From Porphyridium purpureum (Eukaryota): a stretch of DNA of 64,000 nucleotides. Where the stretch lies: the NCBI GenBank assembly GCA_008690995.1, contig VRMN01000002.1:1240001-1304000 (forward strand), in the 5' to 3' direction. The notes under the pieces were generated by a model. The model made no database searches, was not told the origin of the DNA, and was given only the letters and a program-made list of their open reading frames with translations. A program made the position numbers and the translations under genes. Shown in pieces: positions 1 through 11,225 of this stretch; within the stretch, counting starts at the first letter, position 1, and every line of letters begins with the position of its first letter.

Positions 1-1101
1 ACGCCCAGCTGAGCACTGAAAAGCAACGTGCATGATGTTGCTATCTTGGCCTCTCCACTTTGCACGCACCACCGCCCTTGCGGCTCTTCCGGTCAGACCA
101 AAAGCGAGCTGCCGAAAACCTCGGAATAAACAAACCGCCTGCTCTTTCTCAATCTTTCTCACCAGCCAATGTGTGCCTCGAGTCTCGGCATGTGCCTACC
201 CTGACAAAGCACGTCAGCCGTGCGCGCGCGCGTTCTTATACCGCGGATGGCGTGAGGCGAATGTGGCGAGCCAACTGGATAAGCTTGCGGCCAGACGCGC
301 CACCACGAGTGCGACAACACGAGCGTTAGGCAACGGCAGGGCATGCGAAGCCTGCTAAGAACCGGTCCTTTTTGCACTGCGGAATGTGGCTACAGATCCA
401 CATTCGCATCCACCGCCCCTACACCCTCGCAGCCTCGATGCACGCGAACAAAACGGGAAAAACGCTCCAAATTGTGGTGGCGCTTCCAGGCCACCTTTTC
501 CCCTGACTGCCGTCGCTACTCAAAAGACAGCGGTTTCATATGATATCGCCACGTGTCCAATCAAACAGTGCCAGTTTATGGGAACCTGGAAAGAGACCGG
601 ACGAAGTACAGCTCGCGCGTCGCTCGGAGTGCTGGGGGTACAGTGGCTGGAATGCGGTTCGGTTCAAACATTGGCGGCCGTTATTGGAACCCTAACGGTT
701 TACGGAGTATCGCAGGTTGCGCGAGGTGGTGGGGCAGCTGGTGTTGTTCGTGCCGCGCAAGTGCAGCCATGGCACGGTTGCGGCGCCGCGGGTGCGTCGT
801 CGTTGTGCCAGACTGCTGCTGCCACGGTCACGATGGCAGCTGATGGTGGTGGTGGTCGTCGTCATCGTCGTGACAATGATGATATTTGCGTCGCGAAGGT
901 AAGGCGCCAGTACGGCGGGCTGCACATGTTCTGTGATGCGATGGACTAGGAGAATCACATCGCGCGCGAAAGTATGGTCAGCGCTCATCGCTGGACAGAG
1001 CTCGGCCACCATCGTGCCCGGTGGGAAAAAGTTGGAAGAGCGCAAAGGCCGCGCTGGCCTCTTTCCTTGGCTGAGAAGAAAAACTGCGAACGGACGCAGA
1101 C

Positions 1102-1662
1102 ATGTCCCCTGAAGCGTCGCGCACGTGCTTGATTCCTGAGCTCCTGGTGGGTCAAAGGCTCCCAGAGGTGGGATTCGTTTTCGAAGTGACTCCAAGTGAC
1201 GCGTGGGAGCTGGTGTGGAATCACGTGTTCAAATGGGATTTCGTCGCTGGCAAGGTTGAAACAAATTGCAGGCGGCAGGCCATCGATTGTATCATACCAC
1301 TGGCCCCTGGAGTGAACTTGTGCGTCACTTCTGTCGGTACGGCGCACGCTGGAAGACTCATTGTACACTTTTATACTCGCTCGGGTGAGCCGAGCTCGTA
1401 CGCAAAGTGGAGAAGCGAGTTCGACTCGCCTGCGCCGTGCATGATCGGGGCAAGTGCGATGCCCTGCGATGCTCCGCTGCTCTCTCGGCAGACGACTGTG
1501 CAGCTTGAAAATGGCGTCCAGTGTTCCTTGCTATGCCTCAGAGTCTCGTATCTGACCTCAGGAACCTCAACCCGTTCAAATTGCGTGGTTGTGTTCTCGC
1601 AACCGCCATCAAGCGAGTGCGAAGAGCCGTGCACTCCTGAAAGGAATGAAGAGTTCGTGTGA
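1102..1662 (+). CDS. Hypothetical protein (186 aa)
   Basis: ATG-initiated ORF with protein-like composition; no motif recognised. Confidence 0.35.
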   Translation: MSPEASRTCLIPELLVGQRLPEVGFVFEVTPSDAWELVWNHVFKWDFVAGKVETNCRRQAIDCIIPLAPGVNLCVTSVGTAHAGRLIVHFYTRSGEPSSYAKWRSEFDSPAPCMIGASAMPCDAPLLSRQTTVQLENGVQCSLLCLRVSYLTSGTSTRSNCVVVFSQPPSSECEEPCTPERNEEFV

Positions 1663-2235
1663 TGACTTTGCGTCGTAGAAGTGCGGAAGCTGACCACGTC
1701 TGGACCTCCAATGGGATTTGCAGCCCGCAGCGAACGATCCTAAAGAAGATCACCAGGGGGTTCTAACCGGTTTACGACCGAGCGTATCCTACATGCCGTG
1801 ACAACAGTCCGCACGAAGTTTTAGATGGATTCAGATTGCGAGAATCGAAATCTAAGCAACAGCAATAAAAGTCCCAGCCGAGACATATGATCTCGGTGTC
1901 AAGCTGCATATTCCGCGAACCTCTGAGAATATCTGTTTCGCAAGCCCATCTCTACTCATGTCCTCGGTTGCATGATGACTGCCGCCGCTCGCATGTCGAG
2001 CACACAAAGGCTTCACAAGGTGACCACTGTACCGGAACTGAACATCGAAGCATCACTGTACTTCGAGCTGTACCTTGCCGAGCGCCGGCCTGCGCGAGCG
2101 AGTGGTCCAAAAAGGAGCGGCGGCGGCGGTGGGAACGCAGGTATGCGAGTAAGACGATCGCGAGCGGCGACGCCCGGGAAGTGGAGAACTCGTTGCGACC
2201 TCCGCGTTGTGGTAGAGGGATCGAATCGTGTCGAC

Positions 2236-3306
2236 ATGGAGGGAAGTATCTTGGGTCTGTGCAATCCGCTGCTGGACATCTCGGCCAGCTGCGAGGACGA
2301 GATTCTGGCCAAGTACAACCTCGAGGCAAACAATGCGATTCTGGCGGAGGAGAAGCACATGCCGCTTTACGAGGAGCTCAAGGCAAAGGCTGACGTAGAG
2401 TACATTGCCGGTGGCGCGGGGCAAAACTCAATCCGAGTGGCGCAGTGGCTTCTGCAGGTCCCAGGCGCGACCACGTATGTTGGCGCAGTCGGACAGGATG
2501 AGTTTGCTCAGATCATGGCCGAGAAGGCAGAGAAGGACGGCGTAAATGCACAGTATTACAAGAGCACTGCCGGGCTGCCGACGGGCACGTGCGCGGTGGT
2601 CGTTACGCAGCAAGGTCAGGCACGTTCGCTCGTGGCCAACTTGGCCGCCGCAAATACGTTTTCGGATGATATTATCTCAGACGCTCAGTGGAGCAGTGTG
2701 GAAAGGGCGAAAGTGGTGTACATCACGGGCTTCTTTCACACCGTGAGCCCAAAGACCATTATGAAGGTCGCAGAGGCGTGCAAGGCTCAGAACAAGACGC
2801 TTTGCATGAATTTGTCGGCGCCTTTCCTGCTCCAGGTACCACCGTTCTTCGAGTCCTTCAAGGCAGTTCTGCCGTACGTAGATGTCTACTTTGGCAATGA
2901 AACCGAGGCGCAAGTGCTCGCTGAAGCCATGGGCTGGGAGACAAAGGACATCAAGGAAATTGCCGTCAAGCTCGCTCGAACCGCGGGCAAACTCAACGCC
3001 CGCCCGCGGACTGTCGTGTTTACGCAGGGACCCGACCCGACTGTGGTCGCGATCGGCGACGAACAGCGCCTTTGGAGCTGTGACTCCTACGGCGTGATTC
3101 CATGCGCGGACGAAGACCTCGTAGACACGAATGGAGCCGGCGATGCTTTTGTCGGCGGAATGCTGGCCGGTATGTCTCGTGGCGATCCGATCGTCCAATG
3201 TGTTGCTCTCGGAAACTATGCAGCTAATGTGGTTATCAAGCGATCAGGCTGCTCGTACCCCGCAAGGCCTTCGTTCAAGTTCAAAAACGTGACAACGACG
3301 TACTGA
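2236..3306 (+). CDS. ADK: Adenosine kinase (PfkB family)
   Basis: MEGSILGLCNPLLDIS start; GGAGQNSIR, PTGTCAV, RSLVANLAAAN, NLSAPF, FGNETEA and DTNGAGDAFVGG motifs. Confidence 0.95.
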   Translation: MEGSILGLCNPLLDISASCEDEILAKYNLEANNAILAEEKHMPLYEELKAKADVEYIAGGAGQNSIRVAQWLLQVPGATTYVGAVGQDEFAQIMAEKAEKDGVNAQYYKSTAGLPTGTCAVVVTQQGQARSLVANLAAANTFSDDIISDAQWSSVERAKVVYITGFFHTVSPKTIMKVAEACKAQNKTLCMNLSAPFLLQVPPFFESFKAVLPYVDVYFGNETEAQVLAEAMGWETKDIKEIAVKLARTAGKLNARPRTVVFTQGPDPTVVAIGDEQRLWSCDSYGVIPCADEDLVDTNGAGDAFVGGMLAGMSRGDPIVQCVALGNYAANVVIKRSGCSYPARPSFKFKNVTTTY

Positions 3307-3338
3307 TCGTGTCACTAATTTTGTTTTATATCGTACAG

Positions 3339-3611
3339 GTATGTTGGAGTTCAGTAGCTTGTTGTGTGCTCTGCTTTTGCGATGATGATGAAACATCCCT
3401 TTACCATTCGCAGTGGCAATGCCTAGGTTCCCGACCTGCCAGTCGGCGCAATCGGTGATGGCTCAAGGTTTCCTTCCTTGGACGACTGAGCAAAAGCATT
3501 TTTTTTCCTTCGTATCTATCCCTTTCTTTTTGGGGGGGATATCGTGTGACACGTTCAAGAGACATGTACTAACTTTTTTATGTTTCCTCGTTTCTTTGAT
3601 CTGTTGCGTAG
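3339..3611 (+). other. Putative spliceosomal intron in the ADK 3' UTR (snoRNA host)
   Basis: Donor GTATGT at 3339, perfect TACTAAC branch point at 3567-3573, pyrimidine tract, TAG acceptor at 3609-3611. Confidence 0.7.
3372..3498 (+). ncRNA. U14: U14 box C/D snoRNA
   Basis: Terminal stem TGCTTTTGC/GCAAAAGCA; C box ATGATGA; domain A CCATTCGCAGT (antisense to 18S ACUGCGAAUGG); domain B CCTTCCTTGGA followed by D box CTGA at 3486-3489. Confidence 0.92.
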
Positions 3612-3690
3612 AGCCTGTCAGCCTCGTGGCACGAGCTCGTATTTGTGCAGTAGTAGAGTCAAACTTAAACTTGATCCATGAGGCCAGCCC

Positions 3691-4833
3691 TCAGAGCTTT
3701 TTCGAAAGACCTCGGACCTCTTGCTTGCGTAAGATTTCGTCAAAGAAGTCAAAAATCTCACGATCGAACTCTGCTGTAATTTCATGTTCGGAATATGCTA
3801 TGTTGAGCAGCTCGCTTATGGGCGAAAGGTCCGCAATTAAGGAGTCGTTCAGCTCCTTTGCCTCTGGAACAGCGACCCAAACGGCTTCGCGCCATTGCGA
3901 CTTTCGCGGATTCTGCTTTACGAAGCCGGTCACGTCAATGAATGACTGCTTCTTCAGCTCATTCACAATCTTCACGGCAACAGATGCCCTCATTCCTTCC
4001 ACTCGATCGATGAAAAATTGAACCGAAACGGGTATTTTATGGGCTTCAATCGCCTTCGCAGATATATTGCGGGCAGTAAGCGCCTCAACACCGTCTCCCG
4101 AGAACGGAGGCTTCCGCATATACAGTTCAAAGGTCGGTGGGTATGACGTGCCACTGGGTAGCTGCGCTTCAACTTTCTCAATCACGCCGGGCGGGAGTCC
4201 CGAGATCATGAGACAAAGCCCAGACAGCTTGGTATACAAAGGCAGCTCCCGAACAAATGCACCGCCAGAAGATGCACCCAGAGCGAAAAGCGGAAGACCC
4301 TTGAGCTTCGGTTCCACAGAATTCATGAAATCCGTGAGTCTTTGGGCAATTTTGGCACCGTCGTCAAGTGACCAACAGCCTCTTCGCCCGGCCAACGACG
4401 AGATTGCCACGGGTACGAATCCAAATTTCAAGGCGTCGTCCACGATTTTGAGCTCGGCAGGCAGCCCGACGCAGCGCGGGCATGCGTCTGATTTACGCCC
4501 GAAATCAAAAGCCCAGTGAGAGCATCCATGTGCAAGAAACAGCACCGCGCGTGCCTCGGTGCTCGGAAGTCGGTACACCACATCTGATCCTTCGATTTCA
4601 ACATACTTTGCTGGCCCCTTCTGTTTCCGGCTCAAACCCCCCTTGCTGGCCAGAGCGCTGTCTATCGCGCGGTCTCCAAGGAAAGCGTACGGCTCGCTGT
4701 CTGTGTCCGAAGAATCTTCAGATAGGCGTGACACAAGAACGAGGAGAAGTAGCACTAGCGCACACCCGACGACCACCCACACAGTGCCAGGATTTCGGCC
4801 CCGTCGAAACGTTGAAGGCTGACTCATGTCCAT
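3691..4833 (-). CDS. Membrane-anchored alpha/beta-hydrolase-fold protein
   Basis: N-terminal TM helix (VWVVVGCALVLLLLVLV), FLAHGC, nucleophile elbow GASSGG, C-terminal His (SEHE). Confidence 0.75.
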   Translation of the reverse strand: MDMSQPSTFRRGRNPGTVWVVVGCALVLLLLVLVSRLSEDSSDTDSEPYAFLGDRAIDSALASKGGLSRKQKGPAKYVEIEGSDVVYRLPSTEARAVLFLAHGCSHWAFDFGRKSDACPRCVGLPAELKIVDDALKFGFVPVAISSLAGRRGCWSLDDGAKIAQRLTDFMNSVEPKLKGLPLFALGASSGGAFVRELPLYTKLSGLCLMISGLPPGVIEKVEAQLPSGTSYPPTFELYMRKPPFSGDGVEALTARNISAKAIEAHKIPVSVQFFIDRVEGMRASVAVKIVNELKKQSFIDVTGFVKQNPRKSQWREAVWVAVPEAKELNDSLIADLSPISELLNIAYSEHEITAEFDREIFDFFDEILRKQEVRGLSKKL

Positions 4834-6055
4834 GTTATCAAACCTCGGCCATTGAATCCTCGGGCAATATCCCGCAGCGCGCGAGATGGTACTTGAACGG
4901 GAGACGCGCGAAACCCTGGTGGAGTCCAGAGTGCTCGGGCCAGCTGGAACGAGGCTTCCCGTCCCCCGGAAGATTCTCAACCGGATTGTCAGTTCCTAGG
5001 CACTTCCCCCGCTGTTCTCATGGAAGAGAATTTCAGTTAAACTTTCGTGTTTTGCTAGGGTTTCTTCTGCGTCACCCAGTTGGACCAAATATCGCAGCGA
5101 CATTCGAGTGAAAATCTTAACATCCTCACCCACTTCTGTCCAAGTCTGCGCTTGCACCAGCCTCCAGTATTGGCGCAATCCCTCGCACGTATGCTTTCGC
5201 GTGCTCTCTGATCAGCGAGCACGGCGCGCTCGTCATGAGTCAGGCCCTGTACGCGACTAGGTTCGGAAACACGCATTCACGGAGAGCGCGAAGTTGGCTG
5301 GATGATGGGGCCGAATGCCGCGCACGTCTGTGACGGACCCCAGGAGTGCTAATTCCAGATACTTTTGCTTCCTACAGATACTTTCAACAAATGCGTTCCT
5401 GAGGCGCAACGAAAATAAGACCCGCGTGCCTGTCGCGACCATTGCACCTGAACCAGCATGTCAAGCTGTGCAAGTTGAGCACCCAACAAATGCCTTCCAC
5501 CAAGAGCGCATCGGAACAGGTTCTCAGGCAGCAAATGAACCCATTACCGCAAAGTATGGCGACGCAGCACATAAAGATGCCACCGCATAGTATACTGAGG
5601 CAGCAGAATCACTAGCGGCGAACGCTTCGACCGCCGGGCCGCTGGGTCGCTTGACCAAGCAGCGTTTTCTGCGCGAGGCGCCCATGCGTCCATCCAATGC
5701 GACCGACGTTGCACGCGCAAGAACTGGCCATTGTCTTTTCTGAAACTGTACTTACTGTACTTAGCATATTTTGCTCAGATGCTCACAATCGACCTTTTTT
5801 TTCACTAAGAGTCACAAGGCTAAGTACAGTTAGAGTACAGCCGAGCTTTTGCACGACTTTTTTAACTTTTTCATTTCTTTTTCTATTCTTTTCGGAGCGG
5901 GGAGAAATTTGGCGCGCGCGAATTCGCGAAACAAGACAATGCCAAGCGACAGCGGTGCGCGGACGCGTGGCGTTGCAGTCGTCAACCTCAACACAGTTCC
6001 CAAACAGATTCATCCGCCGTTGAGCTCGCACTGCACTCCTGCACGACGAACGGGG

Positions 6056-7678
6056 ATGGACGGCGACGAGTTGGCACCAAAGAAGCGGCCCAGGACTGAT
6101 ACCGACGACAACTGTCCCGACGAAACGAGTGAGTGTGCAACGGGCGCTGCGAAACCTTCGAGCGAATCGTCTGCGGTGTTGCTCCAATTTTTTGCAGCGC
6201 ACAGAGACGAGCAATGGTTTAGGTCTCGGTACCATCCGCGCGAGCTGCGCGAAAAAGCGCGGCTCATCGAGAGCCAAAGCCGGCGGCGTCAAGCCGAGTT
6301 TTTCCGCGCCATGGTCCGAGAAGGTTTCGGAGACGACGTGCCTTGTTGGCCGGACGCGGATGCATCCAGCGAGTGCAGAGGACTCGTAGACAAGGTATAC
6401 ACCACAATAATACACGAAATGTCCGCCGAATCGCTGCAGAACCAACTCAGTTTGATCCTCAGACCAGTATACGAAGGCTTCGGATCCGAAAATTCTGAAG
6501 AGCGCGCCGCTGGAAATGCACGGACGTTGTTTCTCCGTGGAATTCCGCCAGCTTCAACTGTAGAAGAGATCCAAAGCTGTCTCGAAGCTGACGGCTCAGC
6601 CCAGGTAGTGCGCGTCTCGACTTCTGAGCCACACAAATATACGCTGGTTCGAACGGGTTTGATTACATTTGCGTCCGCTGAGGACGCAGAGCGAGCATAC
6701 CGCTACGCACATACGCTGATGCGAGACGGGACGCGCAGAATACCCCACTTTACCCATATCAAGCGGAACACGCTTTCGGCCGCGGACGGCTCATCAGCGC
6801 TTCTGCCCTGCGCTGAAATTGATCGTATGCGGTACGACTTTGAGATTGCAGCACGACTCACAAAACATCTGGACATGACACGAGGGCTCTCAGAGGAAGA
6901 CAATCTATTGCTTCGCATGGACATGGCGCTGCTTGCCAAGCTTCCATCGCTCGCGCAGAGGCTCGATGTATTGCTGCACTATCTTTTCCGGGTGCATTTT
7001 TACGCGTACTATGCAGGCGTATACTTTGGCGAGCATCCGGAGTTGCCGGCGCCATTCCTGTCTCGTCCGATAAATCCGGACCAGCTCGAATCTTTGAGTC
7101 GGTGCACAACCGTTGCGGACAAGGTCCGCACGATATACGCAACCTCAATCGAGGGGCTCATCAAGATCGATTTTAGTGACCCGTCTTCGCTTGCGAATGA
7201 GACTGCTAGTTCCAGTGTAGTATCAAGACGCATCGATGATCGGGCGCGGCGCATTCTGCGCAGGCACCGAGCTGAAAAATCTCGCCATAGCGAGATTTCG
7301 GAAGGCGTCGAGGAGGGCGAAAAGGCGATCGAGAGCTGGTTGAATGAATGCACGAAAATGGAATCGGAAGAGCGCTTCCGCTGCACTCTGCCACCGTTTA
7401 AGCTTTTCAAATCTCCAGTCTTCGTCCACAAGCATCTTAGACTCAAACATCCAGATCAGGTGGCAGTACTGCAGCAAGAAGTTGATGAAAGGCTCTTTTT
7501 GGAAAATTTCACCAAGGACCCGCAGCTGCCGTTTTCCGAGAACACATCAGGCGATGTGCACCGTTCAAAGAGCTCGAGGACTTTAGCCAAGTCACCATCT
7601 TCTCACAGCAGGGACATTATACACAGCGCCCGTCCCAAAGCAGCAGACGATACACTAGTATCATATGATGACGTGTGA
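6056..7678 (+). CDS. SERRATE/Ars2 RNA-processing protein (alternative ATG at 5939)
   Basis: QWFRSRYHP, RRM-like TLFLRGIPP, LDVLLHYLFRVH, zinc-finger-like FRC..KLF....FVHKHLRLKH and terminal YDD motif. Confidence 0.85.
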   Translation: MDGDELAPKKRPRTDTDDNCPDETSECATGAAKPSSESSAVLLQFFAAHRDEQWFRSRYHPRELREKARLIESQSRRRQAEFFRAMVREGFGDDVPCWPDADASSECRGLVDKVYTTIIHEMSAESLQNQLSLILRPVYEGFGSENSEERAAGNARTLFLRGIPPASTVEEIQSCLEADGSAQVVRVSTSEPHKYTLVRTGLITFASAEDAERAYRYAHTLMRDGTRRIPHFTHIKRNTLSAADGSSALLPCAEIDRMRYDFEIAARLTKHLDMTRGLSEEDNLLLRMDMALLAKLPSLAQRLDVLLHYLFRVHFYAYYAGVYFGEHPELPAPFLSRPINPDQLESLSRCTTVADKVRTIYATSIEGLIKIDFSDPSSLANETASSSVVSRRIDDRARRILRRHRAEKSRHSEISEGVEEGEKAIESWLNECTKMESEERFRCTLPPFKLFKSPVFVHKHLRLKHPDQVAVLQQEVDERLFLENFTKDPQLPFSENTSGDVHRSKSSRTLAKSPSSHSRDIIHSARPKAADDTLVSYDDV

Positions 7679-7971
7679 AAACTTGAACTGGGCGCATTGT
7701 CGACGTTTTCTTTGTCAGCAATGTGTCCGTTGCGTTCTCTTTCTTTAGGTTCTTCTTTTTTCTTTCCTTCTTTTTTTTTTCTGTCTCTTATCTCCTCGAC
7801 GAATGATTCTCTAACTCACATACAAATCCGAAGACTTTACCCTTGCCACCAAGATTTCTAGACAAACGAGCAGGACGCCAGGATCCAGCCCGTATTAGAG
7901 TCGATGGTTGTGATCGGCACAAGCGACGCATGAAACGACTAGGCCCCGGATCTGAATGCGCCAGAGTTCAC

Positions 7972-8370
7972 CTATCCATAGTTGAGTCTGAAGAGATCGT
8001 TGTGGACAAAGAACGAGCTCGGGTTTGCCGGGTCGGGCAGTAAATTGAAAGTCTGTGAGAACTTCATTGCATTTGGGGAATCGTCGACGACCAGATTGCC
8101 GCTCACAAACACGACGATACCGTTTGGCTGGGAGCCGATCACTGGCTGACAGTCGCACGTCACGACCTGATGGACGACCGTTTGGAAGGGCAATCCCTGC
8201 AGCTTCTGTACGATTGCCTGGGGCCCCATAAACTGCTCCCCCTCGAACGTGAGCATGGACGTATCGCGGTACAACGGCGCCAATCCGCCGCGATTCGAAT
8301 CAAAGTTCTGGTAATAGTGCGCGACAAACGCCTCGCCCACCTGCTGAAACTGCGGCTTCTGCGCTGCCAT
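7972..8370 (-). CDS. NTF2: Nuclear transport factor 2
   Basis: VGEAFVAHYYQNFD, SMLTFEG, DCQP, FSQTFNL and NDLFRLNYG. Confidence 0.95.
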   Translation of the reverse strand: MAAQKPQFQQVGEAFVAHYYQNFDSNRGGLAPLYRDTSMLTFEGEQFMGPQAIVQKLQGLPFQTVVHQVVTCDCQPVIGSQPNGIVVFVSGNLVVDDSPNAMKFSQTFNLLPDPANPSSFFVHNDLFRLNYG

Positions 8371-8620
8371 TCTGATCTCCCCTCTTTCCAACCTGTGCCC
8401 ACCGTCCCTCCCCTTTCCCTGTGGCCACCCAACCCACCTTGCTCCTCTTCGAAATCCACAATTGATGAACCAATCATCCAACCCAATCGCAAACACACAC
8501 ACTCTCTCTTCTTCTCCCCACACGGCTTCGACGCGCTCGAACTCGCCAAGAATTTCAATCGCAGACGTTCAGTTGGCGGTACACCTTGCTTCAGGTCTGG
8601 GTTCGAATGCGCGCAAAATG

Positions 8621-8650
8621 CGGCGGTTCGGCGGTTCGGCGGTTCGGTTA
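8621..8650. repeat. (CGGCGGTT)x3 tandem repeat upstream of NTF2
   Basis: Read directly from the sequence. Confidence 0.8.
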
Positions 8651-8849
8651 TCGGCAGGCTAACGGGTAACCGGTAGCCAATTACTGGCAATCAGTAACCG
8701 ATAAGGATGTGGGTCATGGCGCCCCAATGGTTGGTTGGGATGCTGAGCCAACAGCAACGGAGCCCGAAGAACTCTTGGGGCAAAGGCCCCTTTGATCCGT
8801 ATAGCTCCAAGTTTTGCCAGCGTCCAGTACCTCAGACACTAATTTTTCA

Positions 8850-9459
8850 AAGATATGCTTGGGACATCGTCTGTCCATGCCAGACGCGTTGCCGCAAGTC
8901 GAACGCTTGCTATATGTCGATGCAGACAGACATTTTGTTTCTGTACGATTTTTCCATAACGTGGGATCTGTTCGATTCTTGGAAACCAGATATGCTCTTG
9001 GGGATGAGTTCCGAGAGATCAGACAATGTCATCGATAACCTGAACTACTGCAACGCTGACGTTGCGATAATGAACTTGCAGGGGCTGCGATCTGTTGGTC
9101 TCCTTGCATAAGCCAAGAAGCTGCAGAGCCGCAACATACCGCTTCCATTTTTCGACCAGGACATTTTTAGTTGGATTTGCGCAGAGTCAGACCAGTCAAT
9201 GTCGCGATGTTTCCACCTCCCATGCAGCTAGAACTTTCACATGGACTACTTCTCGCCAGGCTGCTCGCACACCGTCCGACCAGGTAGCAGGATTTCGCTG
9301 ATCCATGGGAATCCGAATCTGTTTATGAGAGCAGAAAGCTCGGGGCCTCTGATTCATCGCACTCGCCCGTTCGTGGTGTTGGCCAAAAAAGCTGTTTTAA
9401 ACGCTCGCTTCGTGCAACCCGCTGGCTTCGTGCGCGGCCAGGTTTCTGCATGCAGCTGA
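8850..9459 (+). pseudogene. Decayed glycosyltransferase family 8 (GXYLT/XXYLT-like) gene
   Basis: PDALPQVERLLYVDA/DILFL is broken by an AGAC duplication near 8924-8931. Then NADVAIMNL, TAA at 9109, FDQDIF, LPCS*NF (TAG at 9229 in place of Trp) and LIHGN. Confidence 0.75.
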
Positions 9460-9808
9460 GGATTTTGTTCGAACAGCAAAGAAGCCGTGCAAATTCAAGG
9501 ACCCGTACTATCCAGATCTGGGCTCGAAGACAAGGCCGACAATGAATTGGTAGGTCGAGACTTCCGTGCGTCAAGATTTAATGTGGAAGTGTGCGAATGG
9601 GGCCGGCACCAGTGCTCATCTGGCTATCCTGCTGAAAGAATATGTGGACGCATCGGCTTGGATCCGGCCGTGAGAGAGATTCTGTATGTTGTTGGTAGAT
9701 CAAGACTTGTGGAGTCATGTGCTGGAGCAGAAATTGGGCATCATGCACCTTTGAATGTAGCTGAAATAAAAGGAGCAAAAGCTATGACAACGACAACAGA
9801 CCGAAGAA

Positions 9809-10390
9809 CTAGTTTGTGGTGAAATTATTCACGTACTTTTCGGTGCGTTTGACGTGCTCTTCCCATGCGCTGTAGCTCGAGCGGGGTGGTGCGTGGCCCA
9901 GAAGCTTCGTCATGTTGGACTTGATCGCGGTGGAGCTGATCGCATACAAGAAACCGAACCCGACTTCCTGCAGATCGTTCGAATTGAGGCCACGACTCAC
10001 GAATCCTTTGAAGAAGCTCACCGGCTCGAATGGCACGCGCGCTAACGCGGTTTTCCCAAACACAAAGTTGTTCAGGTAGTAGTACGCTGCAGCGTAGCAG
10101 AGCGACACGAAAATGGTGACGCGCAGCTTCAGCTTGTTTACGGCTTCGTTTGCTGACTTGAGGTCCTCCTCCATGCGCGCGATCTTCTTTTCATGCACCT
10201 TGCGCCGATCAATGCTCACGATGAGCTCCTTTTCCTTGGCCACTTTCTCGTTGAGCTCGACGATACGCGCCGACGCGCGCTTGAAATCATCCGTTCGGTA
10301 AACCGCCAGCCAACTGACGCCTTCAACGACCAAGGTCATGCAAAGGACGGTCATCACTACAATAATGCTCGTTATGTGCGACTGCTCCAT
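9809..10390 (-). CDS. TMCO1: TMCO1 (DUF106 / EMC3-TMCO1 family) ER membrane protein
   Basis: EGVSWLAVYRT, coiled coil, ARVPFEP, RGL..D, FLYA and KLLGHAP. Confidence 0.85.
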   Translation of the reverse strand: MEQSHITSIIVVMTVLCMTLVVEGVSWLAVYRTDDFKRASARIVELNEKVAKEKELIVSIDRRKVHEKKIARMEEDLKSANEAVNKLKLRVTIFVSLCYAAAYYYLNNFVFGKTALARVPFEPVSFFKGFVSRGLNSNDLQEVGFGFLYAISSTAIKSNMTKLLGHAPPRSSYSAWEEHVKRTEKYVNNFTTN

Positions 10391-10818
10391 GTTAAGCGAC
10401 TTCCGCTCTCGACGCGCAACCCGCACCCTAAAAGACACAGAACGCGCCAAGGCCTCTCCGTTGCGATCACTTTCACTCTCTTCTCTCCGCAACAGTCTTT
10501 AATTTGATCTCTATACCGGCATCTCTTCACGCGGCGCGACGGAGACCGACGGGCAGCGTTCATGGACGCTCACCTTTGGCTTCCCTAACGAACGTGGTCG
10601 CTCCGTGTGGCGCCTTTGTCCAACGCACTGTCTCCGGGCAAACGGCCTTAAGAAGTAGGAACACGAGACAATGGGTGAACAAAAGATTCGTGAAATCACG
10701 GACGAAAGTCCGAACTGACTGCCTGTTTCCTGGGCCCACATCTGCGGTGCACAAGGCAATTAGTCACAGCTGCGGTATTGTTGCTCCCCGACAACCTGAC
10801 CCTGAATTCTTCGCTCGA

Positions 10819-11091
10819 TTATTTTTGCTCTGGCGAACCTCCAGACGCGAGAGCAGCAACTGCCGGAGAAGGCTCTCCCGCCGGCGCTGTCCCAGGAGCC
10901 TGCAAGCTGTAGTCTTTCGTCGAATCGAGCTGAGCCATGAGTTCCTCGTCCTTTTCGGTCTTCCACGCCCTGTTCCCACCGAGCATCAACATGTACGACA
11001 CGCCCACGATTGCAGCAGTGCCAAAAAAGACGACCGGCCTCTCGGGCATCTGCTCTAAACGCCTGACGGCACGCACCAGCGCTGAAGACAT
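10819..11091 (-). CDS. Small single-TM protein (90 aa)
   Basis: ATG start, basic amphipathic N-terminus and one hydrophobic segment; divergent from the MFS gene. Confidence 0.5.
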   Translation of the reverse strand: MSSALVRAVRRLEQMPERPVVFFGTAAIVGVSYMLMLGGNRAWKTEKDEELMAQLDSTKDYSLQAPGTAPAGEPSPAVAALASGGSPEQK

Positions 11092-11225
11092 GACTCAACC
11101 ATACAATCACACAAACACGACAATCTCATGGGACCACAAGCTTCTTCTTGTGCCCTTCTTCCACACCTCCCATCTTGTGGTGAACCAGATTGCGGCGCTT
11201 GAGGAAAGTCGAGTCGATATGTGTA

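Noticed and set aside
11..26. AGCACTGAAAAGCA resembling the end of element E1
   Set aside because: The match is too short and the flanks do not extend it.
717..1112. Possible spliced gene using GTAAGG (899) to TAG (949)
   Set aside because: The joined product is short and unrecognisable, with no clear branch point.
1972..2235. Long N-terminal ORF extensions in the ORF track (ADK, ACY1, helicases, APX, PiT and others)
   Set aside because: They often start at GTG/TTG or are low-complexity; family homology begins at downstream ATGs.
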